This document shows positions 1-7,245 of a stretch of 64,000 nucleotides of DNA, piece after piece. The notes under the pieces were generated by a model that did no database searches, was not told the DNA's origin, and saw nothing but the letters and a program-made list of their open reading frames with translations. How positions within the stretch are numbered: position 1 is the stretch's first letter; each line of letters begins with the position of its first letter. The stretch comes from Actinomycetes bacterium (lineage in GTDB: Bacteria > Actinomycetota > Actinomycetes > JBBQFP01). The stretch covers positions 27,619 through 91,618 of the forward strand of contig JBBQFP010000005.1 of the NCBI GenBank assembly GCA_038322045.1, read 5' to 3'. A program made the position numbers and the translations under genes.

Positions 1-897
1 AACCGCATGTGGTTCAACCAGTCCTACGACGAGGCAGGGGCCGTCATGGTCGCCGGTGAGCTCTCTCGCAGCCTGGCCACCCCGTCGACGGGCAGCGGCC
101 CTGTGCGCATCCACGAGAACCTGGTGCAGGACAACATGGCCAACGACGACGGCGGCGGCATCAGGCTGCTGCAGGCCGGCACCGCAGCGGTCGACATCGT
201 CAACAACATCATCGCCAACAACACCTCGGCGCACGAGGGCGGTGGCATCGCCCTCGACGACGCGACCAACGTGCGTCTGGTCAACAACACGATCTACCGC
301 AACCTGACGACGGCGACGGCGGTGACCAGTGACGGGACTCCTGCCCCGGCCGGGCTCTCGACCACGCAGAACAGCGACCAGCTCCAGGCAACCCTGCCGG
401 CCGGCTCGCCGACGTACAGCAAGCCGGTGCAGTTCAACAACATCTTCTGGGACAACTTCGCGGGCAGCTGGAACGGCCAGTTCGTCACCGGTGTCGGCTC
501 CCCCGACGCCCCGGCGGGCGATCCGCTCAACCGCTGGGACATGGGTGTCGCCGATGGCACGGGCACCCTCGACCCGACGAACAGCATCCTGTCCAACGGC
601 ACGGGTGTGATCGCCTCCTTGACCAACAAGGTCGGCGCCGACCCGCTCGTCGTCTCCCCGTTCGCCACGACGGTGACCGTGCAGGCGTCCCGTACCTTCC
701 CGAGCTTCAGGCAGGCGCTGATCGTCGTCGAGAACGTCCCGCCGTCCCTGATGGGTGACTACCACCTCCAGGGGACGTCGCCGGCGCTGGCCAGTGCCGC
801 CGCGAGCAAGGGCGCGCTCACCGCCCCCGGCATCGACGTCGACGGTCAGACCCGGCCCATCGGAGCCGGGCGCGACATCGGTGCGGACGAGCGATGA
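1..897 (+). CDS. Right-handed parallel beta-helix (PbH1/NosD-like) repeat protein; 5' end lies outside the window
   Basis: The frame is open to the window edge. It has repeated beta-helix turn motifs (VQDNMANDDGGGIRL, VNNIIANNTSAHEGGGIAL, VNNTIYRN) and a C-terminal GDYHL...GRDIGADE tail. Its stop overlaps the ATG at 894 (ATGA). Confidence 0.6.
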   Translation, partial: NRMWFNQSYDEAGAVMVAGELSRSLATPSTGSGPVRIHENLVQDNMANDDGGGIRLLQAGTAAVDIVNNIIANNTSAHEGGGIALDDATNVRLVNNTIYRNLTTATAVTSDGTPAPAGLSTTQNSDQLQATLPAGSPTYSKPVQFNNIFWDNFAGSWNGQFVTGVGSPDAPAGDPLNRWDMGVADGTGTLDPTNSILSNGTGVIASLTNKVGADPLVVSPFATTVTVQASRTFPSFRQALIVVENVPPSLMGDYHLQGTSPALASAAASKGALTAPGIDVDGQTRPIGAGRDIGADER

Positions 898-2291
898 GCA
901 CCGACCACCAGGCCGCAGGGCTACCTGATCACGCGCCGTCACCGAAGGAGAAGCACGTGGACCAGCGACAGGGTGCCCTGCACCAAGTCACCCGACGGGG
1001 GCTGCTCCTTGGCGCGGCGGGCACCGCGGCCTACGCCCTGTGGCCGGGGAGCCGCGCCGGCGCACGTCCGGTTACCGCACTGCGGGTCGCTCCTGTGGCC
1101 AGTGCCTCGAGCATGCACCTGGCGGCCACGGACGGCTGGGTGTCCATGGCGGCCAACGCGCCACACACCTCGTTCTGGCCCGACACCCTCGCCCCGTCGC
1201 CCTACGACATGTATGTCTTCGGGTTCCGTGACGTGACAGGCCTCGACGCCGCGGGCGTGACGGCCCAGCGCGGCCTCGCCCAGATCAGCGCGCCCATCCT
1301 CGCGTTCGACGAGTACGACGCGGCGAAGAACAACGACGTCCGGCTGACGCTGAGCAACCTCGGGTTGTCGGTGCGACCGGACCTCGTCGATGGCCACACG
1401 ATCCACTGGCACGGGTTCGTCAACGCCATCCCGCTGTTCGACGGCGTTCCCGAGCTCTCGATCTCGGTGCCGATCGGGCGTCAGTTCACCTACTACTACC
1501 GGCCGCACGACCCAGGCACGTACATGTACCACTGCCACTTCGAGGACGTCGAGCACGTTCAGATGGGGATGACCGGCGTGATCTACGTCCGCCCGCGCCA
1601 GAACGGCACCAACCCGGGCTCAGCGGTCCCGGCCGGTCACCAGCTGCGCTACGCCTACAACGACGGCGACGGGTCCACCCAGTACGACAGGGAGTACTCG
1701 TTCATGCTCAGCGAGGTCTGGGCCGAGGCGCACTACCGCGACGCGCACATCCAGACCACGGACTGGACGGACTACGCTCCGAGCTTCTGGCTGCTCAACG
1801 GTCGCTCGTACCCCGACACCGTCGTGGGCAACGGGAACCCGTTGAGCGGCGTGGCGGCCCCGGCGTCGGGTCTCGGCTGGCCCGGCGGCCAGGAGCGACT
1901 GCGCTACCAGCCCATCTCCTCGCTCATCCAGGCGAACTCCGGGGAGCGAGTCCTGCTGCGGCTGGCGAACCTCGGCTACCAGAACCACGTCATGACCTGC
2001 GACCAGATCCCGCTGACGACGGTGGCCAAGGACAGCGTCCGGCTGGTGAACGCCGGCGGTGTCACCCACTACCTCAGCGGCGACTCGGCGGAGATCGGCC
2101 CCGGCGAGAGCCGTGACGTCATCTTCACTGCGCCCGCCGTCACCGTGCCGACGACGTTCCTGCTCTACGACCGCAGCTACGGCTACCTCAACAACGGCGG
2201 CGGCACCGAGCCGGGCGGGCAGCTGACGCAGATCCGGGTGCACCCGTCGGGGACTCTCCCCGTCCAGCCCATCGATGCACCGAACTCCTAG
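894..2291 (+). CDS. Two-domain multicopper oxidase-like protein A; Tat signal; domain 1 copper ligands intact, domain 2 degenerate
   Basis: Twin-arginine signal TRRGLLLGAAGTAAYA. Copper motifs GHTIHWHG (nt 1395-1415) and YHCHFEDVEHVQMGM (nt 1527-1571). LLNGRSYPDT marks the start of the second cupredoxin domain. An alternative start is GTG 957, preceded by GAAGGAG. Confidence 0.8.
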   Translation: MSTDHQAAGLPDHAPSPKEKHVDQRQGALHQVTRRGLLLGAAGTAAYALWPGSRAGARPVTALRVAPVASASSMHLAATDGWVSMAANAPHTSFWPDTLAPSPYDMYVFGFRDVTGLDAAGVTAQRGLAQISAPILAFDEYDAAKNNDVRLTLSNLGLSVRPDLVDGHTIHWHGFVNAIPLFDGVPELSISVPIGRQFTYYYRPHDPGTYMYHCHFEDVEHVQMGMTGVIYVRPRQNGTNPGSAVPAGHQLRYAYNDGDGSTQYDREYSFMLSEVWAEAHYRDAHIQTTDWTDYAPSFWLLNGRSYPDTVVGNGNPLSGVAAPASGLGWPGGQERLRYQPISSLIQANSGERVLLRLANLGYQNHVMTCDQIPLTTVAKDSVRLVNAGGVTHYLSGDSAEIGPGESRDVIFTAPAVTVPTTFLLYDRSYGYLNNGGGTEPGGQLTQIRVHPSGTLPVQPIDAPNS

Positions 2292-2302
2292 GCGAGGACG
2301 AG

Positions 2303-3619
2303 ATGACGACGACCCTGTTTCGCGCCTCGACGAGGCAGCGCACGGCCCTTCTGTCCATCGTCGTGGTGGCTCTCCTCGGCCTCGTCCTCGCCATCCCCGG
2401 CGGTCGAGGTAACGCTGCGTCCCTGCAGCAGAACGGGATGGTCTGCCAGTCCAACGCCGGCAACACCTTCTCCCTCGACGCCGTGGCCGGCTACATCAGC
2501 ACCCCGGACGGCAACTCGATCTACGCCTGGGGCTACACCGGCAGCGGCCAGCAGTTCCAGCTGCCGGGCCCGGTGCTCTGCGTCGCGAGCGGTGCTCGCG
2601 TGACCGTCGTCCTGCACAACAGGCTGCCCGAACCCGTGTCGCTCACGTTCCCCGGCCAGTCCGACGTGACGGCTGACGGGCTGCCCGCGGAGCCGCAGCT
2701 CGACCCGGGCGGCAACCTCGTGTCGTTGACCCCGGCCGCTCCGGCGACGTCGGGCACCGTCACGTACGCCTTCACTGCGGGGACCCCTGGCACGTACCTG
2801 TACGAGTCGGGGACCGACGTGACCAAGCAGCGACAGATGGGCCTCTACGGCGCTCTCGTCGTCAGGCCCGCGGCGGACGCCGGCAAGGCCAACGACAGGG
2901 CCGACTCCGCCTTCGACACCGGGCGGGAGTTCCTGTTGGTCCTGTCCGAGATCGACCCCGCCCTGCACTCCGCGGTCGAGCGCAGGCGAGCGTTCGACTA
3001 CCGCACGGTCAAGGCGCGCTACTTCTTGATCAACGGCCGCAGCATGCCGGACACCCTCGCTCCGAACTTCGCCTCGTGGCTCCCGAGCCAGCCCTACGGC
3101 GCACTGGTCCACCTCGAGCCGTTCCAGCCGGGGGACCGGCCAGCCCTGATCCGATACCTCAACGCTGGCTCCGTCAACTACCCGTTCCACCCGCACGGCA
3201 ACAACGAGACGGTGATCACCAGAGACGGTGCCCCCATGGTTGACACGGCCGGTCAGGACGCGTCGTTCGAGAAGTTCCTCATCGACGTCGGCCCTGGCCA
3301 GAGCGTCGACACCCTGAACAGGTGGCAGCAGGAGTATCAGGACATCCCGGGGAAACAGATCCCCGCGGACATCGCCCTGCCGCAGCTTCAGGACCAGATC
3401 GTCGGTCCGGGCACCGAGACCTGGTTCTCGGAGAACCCTTACCTGGGCGGCAAGCCCGGAGCGCTGCCCCCCGGCATCGTGCAGAACAACGAGTGCGGTG
3501 AGTACTACCACGTGGCCCACAGCCACGCGCTGGACCAGGCCACCAACTACGGCGCGAGCTTCGGCGGGATGATGACCCTCATCCGCATCGATCCTCGCGG
3601 TGGGTGCCCCACGCCATGA
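2303..3619 (+). CDS. Two-domain multicopper oxidase-like protein B; domain 1 ligands lost, domain 2 retains HPHG and HSH
   Basis: N-terminal hydrophobic signal (ALLSIVVVALLGLVLA). It is paralogous to protein A (GTYLYESG..QMGLYGALVVRP, FLINGRSMPDT). It carries FHPHG (nt 3188-3199) and YHVAHSH (nt 3506-3526). The gap to the upstream gene is 12 nt. Confidence 0.8.
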   Translation: MTTTLFRASTRQRTALLSIVVVALLGLVLAIPGGRGNAASLQQNGMVCQSNAGNTFSLDAVAGYISTPDGNSIYAWGYTGSGQQFQLPGPVLCVASGARVTVVLHNRLPEPVSLTFPGQSDVTADGLPAEPQLDPGGNLVSLTPAAPATSGTVTYAFTAGTPGTYLYESGTDVTKQRQMGLYGALVVRPAADAGKANDRADSAFDTGREFLLVLSEIDPALHSAVERRRAFDYRTVKARYFLINGRSMPDTLAPNFASWLPSQPYGALVHLEPFQPGDRPALIRYLNAGSVNYPFHPHGNNETVITRDGAPMVDTAGQDASFEKFLIDVGPGQSVDTLNRWQQEYQDIPGKQIPADIALPQLQDQIVGPGTETWFSENPYLGGKPGALPPGIVQNNECGEYYHVAHSHALDQATNYGASFGGMMTLIRIDPRGGCPTP

Positions 3620-6600
3620 GCACCTCACGCCGAGAGGACCCGAGCACGATGCACTCATTCCTGAGCACCTCGCCTCGCTCACGCACCGGGCTGACAGCAT
3701 TGGCGGTGACCGCGGCCCTGACGCTCACGAGCTTCGCTGCCGCCGCACCCGCCGTCCAGGCTGCTCCCGTCAGCACGGCACGCGTCAGCGCGGCGCACGT
3801 CGGCACGGTGCGCGCGGCGCCGGCGCCGGCGGTCCCGAGCACCGGCCAGGGCCCCCTTACCAGCACGGCGTGCACCGCAGCCGGCGGCACCGCGGCGTGC
3901 GACCTGTGGACGGCGACCGGGACGCTCGCCCTCTCCGGCGCGAACGTCGCGGTCTGGGGCTTCACGTCGGTCAGCGGTACGCCCGCCAGCGGACGTGGTC
4001 CCGTGCTCGTCGTCACCAGTGGCGACGCCGTGACGGTGACCCTGCACAACACCCTGCCGAGGAATGTCTCGCTGGCCGTCCCTGGTGTCGCGATGATCGC
4101 GCCGGGTACCTCGGTGCGTGGCGAAGACGTCACCGGCGTGGCCGCGGGCGCCTCAGCGGCGTACACGTTCACGGCTCCGGCCGCGGGCACGTACCTCTAC
4201 GAGGCCGGCCACACGGCCAACGGCCCCCGGCAGGTGGCCATGGGCCTGGTGGGCGCCATGGTGGTACGGCCCGCCGGCTTCGACGTCGCGGCGCCGACCC
4301 AAGACGGCTCGCTCGCAACAGCGTTCGACGACGAGGCGGTGCTCGTGCTCGGTGAGGTCGACCCGGCCTTCAACGCCGCGCCGGACACCTACGACCTCCG
4401 GCGCTACCACCCGACGTACCGGCTCATCAACGGCCGGTCGTTCCCTGGGACCGAGGCCATCGCCACCGGACATGGCCGCAGCACGCTCGTGCGCTACGTC
4501 AACGGTGGCCTGCTGGCTCACTCGATGGGCGTGCTCGGTGCCAAGGAGCAGGTCCTCGCCATCGGCGGCCATGCCGATACCGGCCGGGTCCAGCTCGTGT
4601 CGGACATGGTGACGCCAGGTCAGACCGAAGACGTCCGGATCGCGTTCCCTGCTGGCGGTCCGTCGTCCATGCCGCTGTATGAGACGGCCGGGACTCTAGA
4701 CAACGCCGGACAGGTCACCGCCGTGGGCTCTCGGGTGGTGGCTCTCGGCGGCATGATGACGTTCCTGACAGCAGGAGCGGTCGGGTCCAGCGGTGACACC
4801 GTCGGGCCGAAGTCCTCCGGTGTCACGGTCATGCCCAAGCCCGTGACGCCGCTGTCACCCGCGACCGTGACCGCGACCGTGTCCGACGTCGCGACTGGAA
4901 ACGGCAACGTCAAGGCAGCGGAGCTGATCGTCGACTCCACGGTCGTGGCGGTCGGTGGCGGGGTGGTCATGACGGCGGTCGACGGCGTCTTCGACAGCCC
5001 GACCGAGGCCGTCACCGGGACGATCGACACCACCGTCCTGCAGGGGCTCGCGCAGGGTACCCACACGGTGTACGTCCGCGGGCAGGACGCCGCCGCCGTA
5101 CCCAACTGGGGGCCGGTCGCGAGCACGACGTTCACGATGGGCCTGACCGGTCCGACGACGTCGGCGCTGGCTCTCGCCAGCTCGCCGACGAACGGGTCGA
5201 GCGCGGTGCGGCTGACGGCCTCGGGTGACGACTCCAGCATCGGGGGCACGGTGACGGCGGGGGAGTACTTCCTCGACACGGCCGCCGCGGACGGCTCCGG
5301 CACAGCCATGGTCGTCAGCACCCCGGCGCGGGTGGCCGCACTGAGCGCGACCCTCGACACCGTGCTGCTCGGCGGCCTCGTCCAGGGCAAGCACACCCTT
5401 TACGTCCACGCCAAGGACGACAACAACCTCTGGGGTGCGGTCGTCCCGATCGACCTGGTGATGGACCGCACAGGGCCTTCGCTGGGTACCACGGGCAACC
5501 AGGTGACGCCGAACCCGACCAACGGGCTCGTCGGTGACCCGGTCGACCCGACGGCGCTGAAGGTGCATGTCACGCTCGTCGACCCGGTCACCAGCGGGGT
5601 CTCCTCGGCGGTCGTCGCGGCCGAAGGGTTCCTCGATGCCACGGGTACCGCGGGCACCGGCATCGTGTTCGTCGCCGACGACGGCTCGTGGAGCTCCTCC
5701 AGCGAGGCCGGCTACGGCCTCGTGCCGCTCAGCCAGGTCGTGAAGCTCCCGAGCGGTAGCCACACGGTGTTCGTGCACGGCAGGGACGCAGCGGGGAACT
5801 GGGGCACCCTCGCCCCGCTGACCTTCGTCGTCGACCGTGGGCCGACGGTCGTGGCATCGGCACCCGTGACGGTCGGCGTGCTCGCCGCTCCGATCGCGGT
5901 CGGCGTCGCCACCTCGCCGTCCGGCTCGGTGTCAGCGGCTGAGTGGTTCGAGACCGTCGACCCTGGTCCCGGCCTGGCGACGCCGCTCGGCGTCACCTCC
6001 ACCGGCGCGAGCACCGCAACCCTCACGCTGGACCCGAGCCAACTCACCCTCGGGACGCACCTGCTTCGCCAGCGGGCCAGGAGCTCGGGCGGCACGTGGG
6101 GCGCCACGGTGTCGGTGCAGGTCACGGTCACCGCGCTGATCAGCGACACGTTCGAGTCGGGGACGACGGCGGCATGGAGCGCCACCACGGGCAACGTCTC
6201 GGTGGTCACCTCCAGCGCCCTGCAGGGCGCGAGGCTGCTGCGGGTCAGCGGCGGGAACGCGTACCTGACCAGCACCCTGGCCGCCGCGACGCCCGCGCTG
6301 CACGCGACGTTCCTCGTGTCCCCGCAGACGCTGAGCACCGGCAGCAGTGCCGGTGCGTGGGTCTCGGTGATGCAGGGACGAACGGCTGGCGGCACCACGG
6401 TGGTCGACGTCCAGTACCACCGTCAGGGCACCGCTGCACCGCAGGTCAGGCTGGTCGTCAGCAGCGGCGCAGGGACGTCGACCTCGGCAGCCGTCACGCT
6501 GCCGACGGCCACGGCCTCCGCCGTGCGGGTCGACTGGCTCGGCGGCACCACCGGCACGGCGGTGCTGACCGTCAACGGGTCGGCGTCTCCGGCGCAGCCG

Positions 6601-6699
6601 TCAGCCACGACGCTCCAGGTCTCGGCGCTCCGCCTCGGCCTCGTGGGGACCGGCACGACCGGCCGGCTGTTCCTCGACTCCTACCTCGCCTCGCGCTAA
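3616..6699 (+). CDS. Large secreted MCO-like protein C without copper ligands, followed by four Ig-like repeat modules and a lectin-like C-terminal domain
   Basis: The ORF-track start is 3604. ATG 3616 overlaps the stop of protein B (ATGA). Signal peptide RSRTGLTALAVTAALTLTSFAAAAPAVQA. The cupredoxin-like N-terminal 390 aa are paralogous to B (GTYLYEAG..QVAMGLVGAMVVRP, RLINGRSFPGT, ALGGMMTFL), followed by repeats. Confidence 0.75.
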   Translation: MSTSRREDPSTMHSFLSTSPRSRTGLTALAVTAALTLTSFAAAAPAVQAAPVSTARVSAAHVGTVRAAPAPAVPSTGQGPLTSTACTAAGGTAACDLWTATGTLALSGANVAVWGFTSVSGTPASGRGPVLVVTSGDAVTVTLHNTLPRNVSLAVPGVAMIAPGTSVRGEDVTGVAAGASAAYTFTAPAAGTYLYEAGHTANGPRQVAMGLVGAMVVRPAGFDVAAPTQDGSLATAFDDEAVLVLGEVDPAFNAAPDTYDLRRYHPTYRLINGRSFPGTEAIATGHGRSTLVRYVNGGLLAHSMGVLGAKEQVLAIGGHADTGRVQLVSDMVTPGQTEDVRIAFPAGGPSSMPLYETAGTLDNAGQVTAVGSRVVALGGMMTFLTAGAVGSSGDTVGPKSSGVTVMPKPVTPLSPATVTATVSDVATGNGNVKAAELIVDSTVVAVGGGVVMTAVDGVFDSPTEAVTGTIDTTVLQGLAQGTHTVYVRGQDAAAVPNWGPVASTTFTMGLTGPTTSALALASSPTNGSSAVRLTASGDDSSIGGTVTAGEYFLDTAAADGSGTAMVVSTPARVAALSATLDTVLLGGLVQGKHTLYVHAKDDNNLWGAVVPIDLVMDRTGPSLGTTGNQVTPNPTNGLVGDPVDPTALKVHVTLVDPVTSGVSSAVVAAEGFLDATGTAGTGIVFVADDGSWSSSSEAGYGLVPLSQVVKLPSGSHTVFVHGRDAAGNWGTLAPLTFVVDRGPTVVASAPVTVGVLAAPIAVGVATSPSGSVSAAEWFETVDPGPGLATPLGVTSTGASTATLTLDPSQLTLGTHLLRQRARSSGGTWGATVSVQVTVTALISDTFESGTTAAWSATTGNVSVVTSSALQGARLLRVSGGNAYLTSTLAAATPALHATFLVSPQTLSTGSSAGAWVSVMQGRTAGGTTVVDVQYHRQGTAAPQVRLVVSSGAGTSTSAAVTLPTATASAVRVDWLGGTTGTAVLTVNGSASPAQPSATTLQVSALRLGLVGTGTTGRLFLDSYLASR

Positions 6700-6708
6700 C
6701 CCCGATCG

Positions 6709-6753
6709 TCCTCCGGCCCGCCGTCCACCCCCCCGGGGCGGCGGGCCGGAGGA
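6709..6753 (+). terminator. Strong GC hairpin after the MCO trio (15-bp perfect stem)
   Basis: TCCTCCGGCCCGCCG (6709-6723) is the exact reverse complement of CGGCGGGCCGGAGGA (6739-6753). It sits 10 nt after the stop at 6699 and 18 nt before the next ATG. There is no U tract. Confidence 0.45.
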
Positions 6754-6770
6754 CCCAGAAAGGACACGTC

Positions 6771-7244
6771 ATGACAGCACGAGGTCTGCACCGACTCGCC
6801 GCGGGCCGCGGCACTCTGCGGCTGCTCGCCCTCGCCTTGGCGGTGACTCTGGTGGCGGCGTTCGCCTGGCACTCCGCGGGCTCCGCGTCGGCGGTTCGGG
6901 CCTACCAGGTGCCCACCGACCCCGACATGGAGGCTGGCCTCGGCGTCCGGTTCGTGCGGGCCGCCGTCGTGGCCGACGGCGGAATCGTCGAGCTCCGGTA
7001 CACGGTGCTCGACCCGCAGCGGGCGTCGCGGTTCCAGAACGACGTCAAGCACCCGCCGGTGCTGCACAGCGAGCGCCGCAAGGGCAACGTCTACCGCACC
7101 GCCCTCATGCGGCAGGGCCACGACCTGCGGCCCGGCCAGAGCTACTACATCCTCTACCTCAACAACCAGGGCTCGATCCGGCCCGGTGACACCATGGAGA
7201 TCGACGCCGGCGGCAAGAAGCTCCGCAAGGTCCCGGTCCACTGA
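6771..7244 (+). CDS. Small secreted hypothetical protein (157 aa)
   Basis: Internal ATG of the 5943..7244 ORF, preceded by AAAGGA. It has a signal-like N-terminus (LRLLALALAVTLVAAFAWHSAGSASA). Its stop lies 1 nt before the CopC/CopD start. Confidence 0.55.
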   Translation: MTARGLHRLAAGRGTLRLLALALAVTLVAAFAWHSAGSASAVRAYQVPTDPDMEAGLGVRFVRAAVVADGGIVELRYTVLDPQRASRFQNDVKHPPVLHSERRKGNVYRTALMRQGHDLRPGQSYYILYLNNQGSIRPGDTMEIDAGGKKLRKVPVH

Positions 7245-7245
7245 C

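Noticed and set aside
5943-6770. The N-terminal extension of ORF 5943..7244.
   Set aside because: It overlaps the 3' part of MCO-like protein C in another frame. It is Arg/Gly/His-rich and crosses the strong hairpin at 6709-6753. The credible gene begins at ATG 6771 with a signal peptide.
7186-7245. ATG 7186 as the start of the CopC/CopD gene.
   Set aside because: It would overlap the preceding gene by 59 nt and add a non-signal-like extension. GTG 7246, 1 nt after the upstream stop, gives a normal signal peptide ending ASA/HAEL.
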